Source: Amoeboaphelidium protococcarum X5
Taxonomy: Eukaryota > Fungi > Aphelidiomycota
Direction: 5' to 3'
NCBI GenBank assembly: GCA_023515725.1
Contig: JALDTO010000206.1
Coordinates: 62,001 to 126,000, forward strand
DNA length: 64,000 nucleotides
Both the position numbers and the translations under genes were made by a program. The notes under the pieces were generated by a model. It searched no databases, had not been told where the DNA came from, and saw only the letters and a program-made list of their open reading frames with translations. Positions 11,330 to 25,414 of this stretch are shown here, piece after piece. Position 1 is the first letter of the stretch, and each line of letters starts with the position of its first letter.

Positions 11330-14242
11330 ATGATGATACTCTAAAGGTAGAAAATTATTACACTTGGTCGTAGAGCAGTTCCTTCAATTGCTAGTTATAA
11401 TGCAAGAAGATTCAAGTCTGGGAACGATGGTATACAGAAGGCTCTATCGATAATAGAGAATGCAGTGACGAATGTTAATGGCGGTGCAGGCGGAAAGAGC
11501 AAATTACCGCGTGAACTATTGGCTCTTCCTGTTAATAACAGACCTCTATTCCCAGAATTTTTTAAAGCCATAAGTATTAAGGATAAGAGTCTTATTAAAT
11601 GTGTCCAAGATAATTTGAAGGCGAATAATCCGTATGTGTCTGTCTTTCTCACTCGTACACCAGCTGAGCAGTAGATGAATTAAGACGAGGACTAATCATC
11701 ATCATCATCATAGTAACAATATAAACAAGGGGATCAGAAGGAAGTTAATATTTCGCGATAATCTGGGAAAGGTAGTTTGGAAATTAGATCAAGTGATGTG
11801 ATAAGGTCGATTGATGATATTCATCCCGTGGGTGTTGTGGCACAGATTTTCAATGTTCTTGCTGAACCAAGTGGCTCAATGACTCTATTGTTATATCCTA
11901 TGAAGCGTGTCAAGATGGAAAAGTTTATCTCACCGCAGCGTCTCTCAAAGAGCTCAACTGAATTATCATCTGCTGTAAGTGATCAGAAGGATGACGACTA
12001 ATCTCCGGCCACTGACGTTAAATCGTTGAGTAGCAAATTTAAGACAAGTTGTGCCAAAGTTGTTGCTCTATAATTATAAGACGAGCCATTTGATATGAAA
12101 GACTCTGAGATTTAGTAATTGAGTAGAGATATTGTGGCTACTCTGAATGATATGGCCAATTTAAATCCTCTAGTCCGTGATCAAGTTTCCGAATTTGTAC
12201 GTGGTATGTCTGTCAGTGGCTCTTTTAGTCAGAACGGAGGAGTGGATGGAAATGGTAATAGCAACCTGGCTGGTGTATTTAATGAGGATGACTCGTTAAA
12301 GTCAGATGATCCTAATATTCAGTTGACTCAACATCCATCAAAGCTTGCAGATTTTGCCGCCGCCATGTCTGATGTTCCTGGCGATTAACTGCAATAGATT
12401 CTGGAGACTACTAATGTCAAATAGAAGTTGGAATTGTCCTTTAACGCCATAAGAAAGGAGATGAGAAATGCAGAGTTGCAAAGTAAAATATCTGCAGATT
12501 TAGAACAACTGATCAGTGACAGCGATCGACAAGCATTCCTTCACAAGAGGCTGAGAAATATTTAGAAAGAGTTGGGCGTGGAGTCTCAGAGCAGAGATAA
12601 AATTATGAATAAGTACCGAAAGAGAGTTGAGGGTCTGAATATGCCTGATTATGCCAAGAAGGTATTTGAAGAGGAAATGGGCAAGTTGAATGTACTTAAA
12701 CCGTCTGCGTAAGAGTATAATCTGACTAATAATTACTTGGATTGGATCACATCGATTCCATGGGGTAAAAGTGGCAAAGATTCCTATTCTATTAGTCGCG
12801 CCTTGCAGGTTTTGGATGAAGATCATTATGGACTAAAGGATGTTAAAGATCGGATCCTGGAGTTTGTAGCCGTTGCCAAACTGAGGCACAGCATTGAAGG
12901 TAAGATTATCTGTATGCAAGGACCGCCCGGTGTTGGAAAGACTTCGATTGCTAAGAGTATTGCCAGAGCTTTGGATCGTAAGTTTTATCGGTTCAGTGTC
13001 GGAGGTTTATACGATGTTGCTGAGATTAAAGGTCATCGACGAACGTATGTTGGTGCCATGCCTGGCAAGTTGGTTCAGGCTCTAAAGAAGGTGCAGACTG
13101 AAAATCCGCTTATTCTCATTGACGAAATAGATAAAGTTGGTCATGGTGGAAGTCAGGGTGATCCTGCCAGTGCGTTGCTTGAAGTGTTGGATCCAGAGCA
13201 GAATAACACGTTCATGGATCATTACATGGATATGCCATTGGACTTGTCTAAAGTCCTGTTCGTGTGTACTGCCAATGTGATGGACACTATTCCGGGTCCT
13301 CTATTAGATAGAATGGAAGTTATACAGCTAAGTGGGTATATCGCTGAGGAGAAGATGTAGATTGCGCAGAAGTATTTGATACCACAAATTTTGAAGCAGA
13401 ATGGTGTGTCTGAGGATCGAGTTCAGATTAGAGAGGATGCTTTGCGTACACTCATGGATTAATATTGCCGAGAGAGTGGTGTAAGGAATCTGAAGAAGCA
13501 CCTGGAGAAGGTGGTCAGAAAATCTGCTTTGCGTATCGTTCAAGGAGAGGAATCGGTAAAGGTGGATGCGTAAAACTTGAAGTCTTTTGTTGGCAATCCT
13601 GTATTTTATAGAAAGCAATCAGTGCCCGGAGCCAGCAATGTCGGTGTAGTGACTGGACTTGCTTGGACCGGCATGGGTGGTGACACGCTCACTATAGAGT
13701 GTCTTGATAAGTCGTTACCTGTACGCAATAGCGCTGTATCAGATAGTTTTGACAACAATACTACTAAGAATGGCGGCAGTTCTGCTTACATCAAATTAAC
13801 TGGACAACTTGGCGATGTGATGAAAGAGTCTGCACAGATTGCATATTCATACGCGCAAAAGTATATCCAGGACCGAGAACCGCAGAACTTATTCTTTGAC
13901 AAGGCATAGATCCATCTACACGTACCTCAAGGTGCGATCAAGAAAGATGGTCCTAGTGCTGGAATTACAATGTGCTCTGCATTGTTATCGCTAGCCACAG
14001 GTAACCCAATTCCTACTGATGTTGCCATGACTGGAGAACTGACTCTGACCGGTAAAGTGTTGAAGATTGGCGGAGTGAAAGAGAAGATTATTGCAGCCAA
14101 GAGAGATAACATATAGACTGTGTTGCTTCCGAAGGAAAATGCTGCCGATTGGACTGTTCTGGACGATACTGTAAAATAAGGTGTAGAAGTGCACTTTGTA
14201 GATTCGTACAAGGACGTTGCCGATATACTTTTCAGCCAATGA
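11330..14242 (+). CDS. PIM1: Mitochondrial Lon protease
   Basis: Basic presequence, [23 protein letters not shown], Walker [22 protein letters not shown] (catalytic Ser), IGGVKEK. Confidence 0.97.
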
Positions 14243-14335
14243 TAACATTGCTATCGTCACCTTTCATGATTGTTTGAGAATAAATAGACTAAAGTATATT
14301 TCAAAATAAGGATTCTTTTTTCAGTATCATCAGCA

Positions 14336-15256
14336 TCATATCTATTTAATAGGCGCCTCTCTTATCACACGCTGGTTCCATCTAATCAGTAATAAAGGCA
14401 AAATCAACAGAATTCCAATAGGAATAAGGAAACACATTAGTGCATAATTCAGCTGAGACTGTATATACGGCCCGTACTCAAATACGTGATAGAATACAGG
14501 CTCCTGAAATTCTTATAGTCCAGTCACAGATTTGAAGTACTCTTGACTGCGTTAGAACGTCTACATACAGAAATAATCTGGATCCGGATGCATCCATCTA
14601 GGGGCAACTCGCTGAGCCATGATGTTATTGTCCTTTGATTACCATGAAGGCGGCTGAGAGTACACTCCATTAAAGTACGAGGTGGAGAGGTCACAAGCCC
14701 AGGCGATATTACTCTAATCAATCACCGGGTTATTGCGATCACTGACGATAGGAGTAATCCAGTAGACACCATTCTAAGCCAAATCTTGTTCTGCTCTCAG
14801 CGTCATATTGTTAGGAAGTCCAGCTGGATACAGAATAGTGAAGCGGCGAATATCATCAGCAGCAGACGGCTTCTATACTTCATTAATGAATTCAGTAAAA
14901 TTGCCCACAAAGTTGTAACCAGTGTTCACATTATGAATATTAGAGCCGATTAGCCACAGTATCAGCGGAGTGATTGTGGAGATCATTATGGTGGCCACAA
15001 ATATCCAAGCTCCATCTTTACCTGAAATATGACGCAGAACTAGGTCTTTTGCATGCAGCTTGCCAGTAACGTACATCGATGCAACCACGATAACAGCTAG
15101 TAGAAACAGATAGCCATAAAATCTATCATCAGGATCCGAAGTCATCCCCAGGCCAAAGAAGATGGCATTCACCACAGAGACGTAACAGATGGCAAAGAAC
15201 AAGGCTCTGTAGCGATCAGCAAGTTTCAACTTAATTGTCTTCACAGTGGACGGCAT
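14336..15256 (-). CDS. Orphan membrane protein (3 N-terminal TMs, lumenal domain, C-terminal TM)
   Basis: Table-6 ORF of 306 aa read through to TGA; hydrophobic segments at both ends. Confidence 0.7.
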
Positions 15257-15504
15257 ACTTTTATACTTCTCTCTATACTATGGTCACCTTTAATCAGAAA
15301 TAAAGCTTAAGAAGTTTACGATTAAAGAAGACAATTCAATGTTTGTTGTTTCAGATAGATTTCAGAGAAACTTTGACGGTACTCATTTCAAAACCAAATC
15401 AGGAAAAAGTTCGAAACGGTCGCAATCAGAAAAGCTTACGAAAAAGGAAAGAGGCTTGGCCCCAAAACGAATCTTTATCAGAGATTATCAATAGTGTTGT
15501 ATAA

Positions 15505-16632
15505 TCATTGTTCTTTATATAAAACATCCTTGAGTGTGCCATTTAGTATTGGTAGAACCTCGGCGATAGCTCTAGCATTGTCATGCATTTAACTTTAGTT
15601 CTGAGCACAACTAAAGAGGTCCTTCAGCAATTCAAGCAGTGCTTGAGGGTTTTTGTCATCCGAAGTGGCCTTTATGGACTCGGCGATGCCAATGAGAATC
15701 TAATCCAATTTACTCTAAATACTCTGGTGATAATTCTTAATTAGCCAACTGAGAAATTCAATAGATTCAAGCCTACTCTATTCATGCAGCATGAAATCCA
15801 AGCTCACTAAAACAATCTCATCAATAAAGTACAGCACATCCTCTTTTAAATGATCGCGAACTATAACAGTGAAAAGCTGCATCAACATGCTCCTTAATTT
15901 AGCACTTGGTATTGTCATGTATTACAACTTTCCAAGAACCGCTTCAAAGAGTTTCTACCTCAACATATTCAATTAACTCCTTGGATCCTATTATTAATTT
16001 AAATCCACAAGCTTCTTGCGCTAATGTGGAGACTATTGATAGAGTTAATTTACATCCATAACACACGCAAGATGCAAAAGAGACGCGATATTTAACAGCA
16101 ATGCATTAAGAGTTTTACAGTCATTATTCTAACAGCTCATTAGATGTTGAGCAACCGCGTCAGCTAAAAGGTTCTCTAGTCTCCATTGTGAAATAGATTT
16201 TAATAATAATAGTCCGTGGTCAGAATCTTCACTAAAAGCTAAAAGTTTACTGAGAAACAATTGCAAAGTCTCTTCAGCCATTGACATTTGATGAAAATCG
16301 TCCAGTACGCGCAATAATGGCGGAATAATTAAAGACAGATTAGCGCGTAACTCTTCAGCTTTATTGACATTATGAAGTACATACTTAAGAATAGTGCATA
16401 TATATTTAGGTGCTCTCTTAGTGTCTTCAGATAGAGTAATATTATGAGACGAGTTAGGAATTCTGTGTTCCAATTCAAGCTTTGCGAGCAATCGATTATC
16501 CCTCCGACCATCCTCAGCCATGACATCTTCTCTCATATACTCTAAAATTCTTTTAATGTCGATCCCATCTTATACAATTGTTTCCGGTTATTACTAATTG
16601 GTTTTTATATGCTCATACAATTACCGTTCCAT
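15505..16632 (-). CDS. HEAT/ARM helical protein, TTI2-like (TTT co-chaperone)
   Basis: Table-6 ORF, Leu-rich and helical. LSLIIPPLLRVLDD resembles the Tti2 conserved segment. Confidence 0.55.
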
Positions 16633-16746
16633 ATTTAACACAATTTGAGGCAAATAAACTGAAAAGGGATGAAGACCGCGAAATCTGGTAAAATTCAATT
16701 CAAAGCATTTATAAACGAATTTCACTCACATAGGCAATTTAAAAGA

Positions 16747-19700
16747 TCAATTTGAGCCATTCAACATCTGTTTATTGACCAATGTCGCGTAAAGTCCATT
16801 CTACTCTAGGAGTTCAAAATGAGTTCCACTCTCGATAATCTCACCGTCCCGCATAACCAAGATCAGATCGCAATTCTAAATGGTGGACAGACGATGAGCG
16901 ATAGCAATACAAGTTCTACCCAAACTGGCTTCATTTAGAGCCTACTGAACCAACTTTTCAGATTCTGAATCCAATGCAGATGTAGACTCATCCAGAATAA
17001 GAATTTTTGGTTGACACAGCAGCGCTCTGGCAATACAAATACGTTACTTCTGACCACCACTCATCTGTGAATTTGTAACTTCAGTATCGTATTAATCAGG
17101 TAGACTGGAGATGAAATCGTGAATATTGGCCTATTTAGCGACTTGGATGATCTCTTCCTTGGAAGCATCCGGTCTACCATAGGCAATATTCTCAGCAATT
17201 GTTCCAATAAACAATATTGGTTCCTAGCTGACAATGGAAATCTACCGTCTTAAATCTCCAATGATCCACTTCTTAACATCAAGGCGTTCCACAGATACAA
17301 CGCCGGACTGAGGATCATAGAAACGCTCAATCAACTGGAAGATGGTCGACTTTCCAGACCCACTACTGCCGCAGATACCAATATTCTATCCAGCCGCGAT
17401 ACTCAATGATACCTTCTTCAGAATCTACTACTCCGGACGTTCAGGATAAGTAAAGTCAACATCTTGCAACTTAACTTCACCTTATACGTCAGTGATCTTG
17501 TCTCCCTCGGGAGAGAACTAATCAATTACAGGTTGACGATCAAGCAATTGGAAGAATTGTATAGATGCAAATCTAGCCTTACTAATGTCTGGACCAAAGG
17601 TAAATGTGGAACTAATTGCAATGGCACCAAAAATAATGGTGAACAAAACTTTAAGCAATTGTCCGGCATCCAACTGATTTGCTTCCACCAGCAGGAACCC
17701 AAAGTAGAACGTCAGCGAATACAACCAAAACTGAGTAGCTTAAGAGAAAGCAAATCCAATAGAGTCGATATACCCTTTCTTCAAACCGGCCTTGTAGGGA
17801 ATGTCTATGGCAGTCATATAGTCATTGACAAACGTCTCTTCGCGCAATAAACTCTTCACTGTACGAATGTTCTAAATAGCTTCACACGCAGTCTAACTGG
17901 CAGACGCGTAGGCCTTCTTGACTTTTTCTCCACCAGCTCCACCAGCGAACGAGACTCTATTCTCCAGAATGCTAGCAAAGATAAGCACAGGAATGAAAGC
18001 CGTCACAATCAGTGTCATTTTCCAAGAAAAGTAGAAAGATGCTCCAAATGCGACACCAACAGCGACAACCATTTGAAATACATTACCAAAAGTTGGTCCA
18101 GTCAGACCTGCAATTTTATCTGCCTAGTCACTCAGTCTGGCAGTCAAAGCACCAGAGCCATTCATTTTGTCATCAAAGAACGCGATTTCTTGTCTCAGCA
18201 TGGCACGAAATGTCATCAATCTCACCTTCTTTGTCAGTCTCTCGCCAGCGATACCAAAGCACGCAAATTGACCAAAATTGGCAAAGAACTGCGCAACCAT
18301 AAGACATGCAAACACTAGACTCCACAAGTTCGCACCATCTCTAAGCTCTTGCCCAGTCTTACTGAAAACTTCCAACACCTCTCCCATAATGAGTCCGAAA
18401 AGTGGCAGCAGGGCTCCGTTAATACCAGCAGATACGATACCTCCAAGAACAAACGGCCAATCTTCCTTTTGCATTTTAAGAACGCTCCAGAGCGGAGTTT
18501 TGTTCTCCTTCAATACCTTGGCAATCTCCTTCTTCTCCTTCTCTTCATCTGTGAGTTCCTTTACAGCATCAGCGCCTTTACTGGCGTCATAATGCTCTAT
18601 AGCGATTACAGCCTCACCTTAATGAGCTGCTACAGAACCATCTGCGATAATCTCATCCTAATCGCTTTCAACAGTGGCACGATCACTCTTTTTAGTCTTC
18701 AACTCTTAAGCTTTGACCAGAGCAGCGTACTTGCCGTCAGACTAAATCAGGTCAATGTGTGTACCAGTCTCCACAATCTTGCCAGATTCCATAACCACGA
18801 TCTGATCAGCATTCTTGATAGTACTCAATCTGTGAGCAATAATGATGGTGGTACAGTGTTCAGATACCTTCTCCAGAGCAGCCTAAATAATACGCTCACT
18901 CTCAGTATCCAAAGCAGAGGTGGCTTCATCAGCCAACAAAATCTTGGGTTTCTTGATAATACTTCTCGCAATACAGATTCTCTGCCTCTAACCACCGCTC
19001 AAAAGAGAACCTTTCTCACCGACGCGAGTCTGATACTTTTAAGGCAACTTCATGATGAAATCGTGACAATTGGCAGACTTACATGCAGATATTACATCCT
19101 CTTCACTGATATTCTAATCTTTCAATGCACCAAGACGGACATTCTCCTCAATGGTCAAATCAAACAGAATTGGCTCTTGCGACACGAGAGCAATATTATT
19201 ACGCAACCAGGAAAGATTCAAGTCCTTTACATTAACACCATCAACATAAACACCTCCCTCAAACACGTCGTAGAACCTCTCAAGCAGCTGGATGATGGTA
19301 CTCTTGCCTGATCCACTAAAGCCAACTAAAGCGACAGTCTTACCAGCATCAACCTTCAGGCTGTAATCTTTCAACACCACCTAATTCTTTCTTGAAGGAT
19401 AGCTAAATGTGACAGACTTAAACTCAATCTCACCCTTAATCTACTGAGGCTCTTTACCAGTTAATTAACCATCATCATCAGAATTCCGAATAGACGGCTT
19501 AGATTCAATCACTTCGAACAGCTTTGTCGCAACACCACGACCTTTGTTGATAGCCTGCAGCGCCGGACCAATGTTGATCACCGAGAAAGCACCAATGATA
19601 ACTGCGAACAAGACATTTAACACATCACCACCTTATATCTGTCCCTACTCAACTAAGATACTACCATACCAGAAAGCAAGAGAGTAAATACCAAACAACA

Positions 19701-20685
19701 TACCAAAAAACAGACCGAAACCAACACCAGTCTTCCACGATTTGGTGACACCAGTTTTAAGGGCAATATCCAACATGGAGCTAAATTTCTTAATAGATCT
19801 CTCCTGAGCATTAAACGCGGTAACCGTTCTGATGTTAGTCAGCGTTTCCTAGGCCACAGCACCAGCTTTTGCATAAGACTCCTGAGAGTTCTTGATACCA
19901 TCCGAGATTGCAATACCAACAAAGCCACCAGAGGCCAGAATTAATGGCAATGCGGCGACAAGAACTAAAGTCAATCGCCAACTCTTGATGAAAGCAATGA
20001 TAAAACCGGCAAAGAATGTTGTACCATATGCAAAGACAAGAGCCCACTTCTCACTGATACCTTCCTAAAACAGAGTAGTATCTGAACTAAGACGAGTAGT
20101 CAACTCTCCAACTTCATGCTCATCAAAGAATTAAACATCCTGGGACAGAATTGACTTCAAGAACAAGCGCCTCACACGATTAGCCTATCTTTAACCGGCG
20201 ACCACCCAGCACGCTTACATACAATACACAGAGACCAGCGCTCCTATGGACACATATATGAACAGCAGAACATTGTACACAATCTCAGATCTAGCCTTAG
20301 AGGTGGAATCATCAATTTACTGCTAAGGTACAGGGACACCGATACTCACCAGATACTTGATCTGCGCAAACTCAAGCAGAGCATTGACAACACCACCCAA
20401 AAAGACACTGATCAATGGTTAAATGACGCCATACGCAACACCAGACAGAGAGCCACCGAATATCAAAAACTTGTCCAGAGTATCAGCATACCTAAATAGT
20501 CCAATATACGAAATCATACTTGTATCTTTAGCAGCTGCATCCGGAGACGTGGAAGACTTGTCCTTACCAGTAGTGGCATCATCCACCTTTGTATCAGACT
20601 GCTAACCCACAGGTGCTGCTTGTTCAGCTTGTTCATGAAGAGCGGCATTCTCAGCAGCAACAGCAGTTTCAACTTGATCAGCCAT
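16747..20685 (-). CDS. Full-length ABCB (MDR/P-glycoprotein-like) transporter, copy A
   Basis: TMD-NBD-TMD-NBD in one frame (1312 aa); [32 protein letters not shown]; NBD2 [32 protein letters not shown]. Confidence 0.95.
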
Positions 20686-20970
20686 AATTAGTTGTTTCAA
20701 TACAGAAAGATGAATATATATACACAACTATAATACTATAGTGATACAAACAGAATATGTTAAAGAGGATAAACACAAAGATTAGATCGATGTCTAACGG
20801 ATAAATATAAATCTCCCTTGGTAACAGAAGAGGAAAGAAGAGGAAAACCGATCTGTTTCTGAAGCTTTCAGGCCGCGTGTGAATTTCCGATTTAGTTATG
20901 CCGACCATCGGGAAGACCAATAGATGTTAGAATAAGCAAAATAGAATAGATTAAAGTCAATTAAATAGTA

Positions 20971-21330
20971 TACGTGCCGTGTGGCTGGGGCCGCTCCATC
21001 CTGCACGATGGATCATGGGCGCACCCGGCACCGTACGCCCTATCCTGGATCACTCCCTTACCTCGTAGGCTCACCCCAACTAGCTGATCGCTAGACAAAG
21101 CCTGCAGTGACCAAGCCGAATCCAGAGGCCTTGGGTGCAGTCTTTAAGGGTGAGCACTAAGCATCTGGTATGCCACTACGAGTAGGCGCTTATCTGCACG
21201 AGTAACCGGTGCAGAGAGCTAAAGGCTAGAGCCACCGGTAAAAGTGTCTCCGACGAGTTCCCAATCGTCTACGGTGAAGCGAAAAGTAGTACCTGCCGAC
21301 CGATTAATCGATTAGGGGTACCTACCTCCC
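20971..21330. ncRNA. Unidentified highly structured GC-rich element (ncRNA or structured leader)
   Basis: Series of nested complementary stems (listed under findings) in a GC-rich island amid AT-rich intergenic DNA. Class and strand not determined. Confidence 0.45.
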
Positions 21331-21335
21331 CGGTT

Positions 21336-21617
21336 ATGGACAATGTAATGTATTATAACATAAGTATCATTCAGAGTAGAGATGCAGAGCAATTATTAGA
21401 TGTGGGGAGGCCAACAGCCGTGAATTGGATCAGAGTGATTGCTCATTTAACTCGCATTTGCAGTCAGCATATCAAAGAGCCCAGAGAGCAACTGTACCAA
21501 TAATACACCATCTCAGAGCGCCGCATATAAGTCGTGCTATAGAGGACTCATATAGAATACGCCAGAATACTGAGGAGTTTAAAAGTGACTACTACAGTTA
21601 CGGTATAGATAATATGA
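21336..21617 (+). CDS. Orphan 93-aa ORF directly downstream of the structured element
   Basis: Table-6 ORF MDNVMYYNISIIQSRDAEQLLDVGRP..TVTVQII; no recognised motif. Confidence 0.3.
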
Positions 21618-22081
21618 ATTATGGAGAGATAGGAAAAAGTATTGTACTTACACAAATCTGCAGCAGTCATGTCATCATCAGACGCCAATTCATAACTAAG
21701 CTCCTTTATTTCATATGAAGATTCCAGTTAATGCTTGTAGCGCTAGGCTCCATAGGGAGATCCGAAAGAGGTGTATTACTAGTGAAACTCATTATACTAC
21801 AACGCTATTCACAATCAAGAATAGAAGATTAACACGCAATGACAGCCTTTTATGCACAACAACAGCTCACACTTGAGTCACTGATCTCGCACCTGTGACA
21901 TGCTCAACAACACAAAAGAGAGAGAGAGAGCTAGAGTTTAAAATACGAATCCATACCACTGTTGCATCATCTCATCGCATCTAATCAATTTGCACCGTCA
22001 CGGTGACACGTAATCCCTACGACTTATGACTGTCCCCAATGAACTTCCAGGCGTCTTTTAACTTTTAAGTGGTCATTTACA

Positions 22082-22396
22082 ATGCCGCCCAAACGAAAAA
22101 GATAGATTAACGTTGTAAAGGCAAAGATCATTCCAAAGGCATCTGAAGCTCTGGTGGATAAGGTCAAAGCTTGCTTTGAAAGCTAGGATATAGATCCGGA
22201 GCTTTATGATGCCTAGAAAATTACAGATATTATCAGTGGGTCCTTTACTGACGCTACCGCGGAAAGTGAGACTGCTGTGTTCAATCGTTTGGCAGAAAAT
22301 TAACTGTTTGAATGTGCTCAAGTCAATCGCTAGGATTAGCATATGGACTCGTGGATTACTCAATAAATCTACCTTTGCATGCTGGCTAAAGTTTGA
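22082..22396 (+). CDS. Small hypothetical protein with NLS-like N-terminus
   Basis: Table-6 ORF MPPKRKRQINVVKAKII.. of 104 aa with protein-like composition; ends in TGA. Confidence 0.5.
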
Positions 22397-22582
22397 CACC
22401 AAAAGTAGGAGTAGATTCTTTAAGTCTTTAGACGTTCGAGTTATGAAGATAAGGTAAACATTAGAAGTAGGATTGAAATTCTTTTTAAATTAATTTATTG
22501 TTCATTTATTTGTGAAATTCATTTTCTACTCATTTGTATTATATATGAGAGAAGCCTCACACCGCGTTCTTCAGTTGAGACT

Positions 22583-23218
22583 TCAAGCGAGAATCAGTGA
22601 CGCGAAGCCAATCAAAACCACGCTTAGAGCATTTAGAGAGATGCCATTGACAGCCGAGTTTGCAGTGCTTTTGTCTCCAGTAGCACTGGTGTTATTTATG
22701 TTATTATTATCATTCAGTGGTTATTACTCACCACCACTCTAATCGTCCAATGGTAACTAATCACCATCAGCCATTGAAGGATCATCATAGACAATAGGGT
22801 TGAGATCTGAAACACCAGTTGCATTGACAGGGATAATTCTGATAGGAGAACTGATACGAGCACGGATCAGAGGATTGGTTTGAGTTGAGCTAATTCTGAA
22901 CATGAAGATATTTTCAGCAGTATCTACAGGCACTTACCAGTCATATGAATTCTAATTAGGACCATTCGTAATCAATGCCGTGAAATCAGACTGATTTGGA
23001 TACACGCCGACGCGATACTCGAGGGTAATAGTTTCAGGATTTCCCATTCTGACTGGAACAGCGCGCCACTTGATTTGAAACGTTGAGCCGGCTCTGATAA
23101 CCGGCACTTTGGTGACTAGAGTAGCTCTTTAAGGATTGTCAAAGGCAAAATCACCCACAGCGGCCTTCTAAGCCATTGTTAGCATTGCAAATGCAGAGGT
23201 AAGTAGTTGATATTTCAT
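22583..23218 (-). CDS. Secreted, probably GPI-anchored protein with a Kre9/Knh1-like beta-sandwich N-domain
   Basis: Signal-like MKYQLLTSAFAMLTMA; AGSTFQIKW..NQNSYDWQVP; Asn/Ser linker; hydrophobic tail NSAVNGISLNALSVVLIGFASLILA. Confidence 0.75.
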
Positions 23219-23484
23219 CTCTATTATGTCTTACTTATTTTGATATTGTTGTTTGAAGTGAGGAAGAGAGAGAAAGTAGGCCTGAATCCCTTTATATACT
23301 GCCACATGAATTTATTTAAGGATACAGATCGGCCAGAATCGGAAACACGGCACTAAATATAGGATCTGCATTACTCAAGCAAGATGTATTTAAAGTAAGC
23401 AACTCTGAGTCAAAGTATTATCGGAAAAAATTAAGGCTTCAATTAGTGATAATTAGGCAATAATATGCTGCAAATATTTAAATT

Positions 23485-24675
23485 TCACATTACGGGACAT
23501 TTCTGGTCCTCGCCACCACCACCACTTCCTAAACTCTACAAGAACTACAATCCTTCAGCAGTACCAGCGGCAGACGCGTCATTTGGCAGCTTTGGCATAC
23601 CATCTGCATCCAGTTCAATATCTGGCGCAAGTTCTTTTAAAAGATCCGCCGGTGGAGAGCCGCATTCTTGCATCTCATTCATCAACTGCGCTATTCGCTC
23701 CTGATTGTACTTTGTCTTTTCATACTCCTGCACAATGTTCACACAGCACTTCATTTACTTTTCATATCTCTGGAAATCATTAGCGGGGATTTTATCTTTA
23801 TTTTCCTGTAGGTAGGAAGGATACTTGTTGGCCAGCTCTTTCAAAGGATCATACAAAACTTCCTTGCTCATCAAAGTGTCCATCATGGAAGAAACAATGT
23901 CATTGAATGCGCCGTCTAAGCCTTCAAGTGATCCATCACCTAGGCCAGAAGTCGCATCATCTCCGTCACCACCCACAGACTGCGACTACGTGAACTGCTT
24001 CATCATCTCTGCCATTAACGCGTCTTCACTTAATCCCCCTAAACCGTTACTAGACTATTTAAGTTTAGAAGCCACATCAGCCTCAACCTTTTGCGATGAC
24101 TACTTCAACCGTTCCATAGTCTCCTCGACTTTTGAATTAAATGAAGATGATGGTTAGCTTTTAGAATTATAAGAAGATTTGGCACTCTACTCCTTGACCG
24201 TCTACTTGGTTGAAGACTTTTACGCGTTCTTAGACTTTGTCGGCTTAGACTATGACTAGGAGTGAGAGATTTGGTTAAACTCCTCGACCAGTTCCAGAGT
24301 AAGTTTCTCAACAGCCGCCGCTTCCTCTGGAGATAAATCTTGTTCAATCAACTTCTTAATGTCCGGAGGAGTTTGAACATCAGAGGCACCAAACGCATCG
24401 GAATGCTTGTTCAAATACTCCTCCATCTAGGATTAGATTAGCGTTTCCATGTCAAGATCGTCTTATACGCTCTAGCCACTTAGCAAGTTCATTTACTTTA
24501 ATATTTTTCCCATTAACGCATCAGCTTAATCGCTCTTTAAATTGGCACTTTGAACATCAGCTACAGCTTCTACATTCTCCGACAGATGCGACTCAACCTT
24601 CTGTTGTTCGCTCTAGAATTCATTCAGCGCATTCTAAAGCAAGGCATCCATATCCTACTCATCACTACCACTCAT
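23485..24675 (-). CDS. PEX19: Peroxin 19
   Basis: N-terminal DMDALLQNALNEF, LMSKEVLYDPLKEL..YP, MNEMQECGSPP, C-terminal CaaX CPVM then TGA. Confidence 0.95.
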
Positions 24676-25414
24676 CGTTCGTTTTAATAAGAACGCCGCG
24701 TTTTATGATTTCACTGAATGTTGATCAATATGCAGAATTCGAAATAAAGTGTTCACCGCTCTGACAGCCGATAATTTGCAGGATCGGCTAGCCTTTGATT
24801 ATGAGAACGAACTTGCGGTAAATACTTTTTCTCTCTGCTCAATATTTCCTAGCGTCTCTTTGAATACTGATCTTTCTCAAGAATAAGAGCCTTGAAAGAG
24901 ATAAAAATTCAAGGTTTACACGCACTTGTAGCTATTAATTAAAACGCCAAAGATTTCTAACTATTTAATTCTAACTATTTAGCTCCTGTAACAGCACCAT
25001 ATTGATTAAATTGATGTACACTTTTGACTTTAGCATCTTTACAGAATATTGATTGTCATGGTGCTGATTGACAATGATATGCCAGGACTTGATAAGTCTC
25101 TAAGCTGTTTTTGAGTGCTAATTCATATGGGCTTAACGGAATCACACGTTAATAAACTATACCTAGGTAATGGGTACCACCAAAAAAGATTTTTATTGCA
25201 ACTTTCTTTAAATATACGGACGGTTCCAGAACGGCCGTTAGATAAAACCATTGTACTGCATACCCCACCACCTTCACGGAACTACCGTTACCAAGAGAAT
25301 CAAACGAAATTGCACGATAAGTATCAGAATATCAAACACTGGATTAGTTTAACTCTTTCTTCATTGTGATAATCTTACATAGATAGATTGGGGTGTGCAT
25401 CAAAATAATCAATC

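Noticed and set aside
18349-19311. 320-aa + strand ORF
   Set aside because: Antisense to ABCB copy A; no motifs.
20971-21330. Assignment to SRP, U1/U2/U3, RNase P/MRP, group I/II intron or hammerhead
   Set aside because: Diagnostic conserved motifs were not found by eye on either strand.
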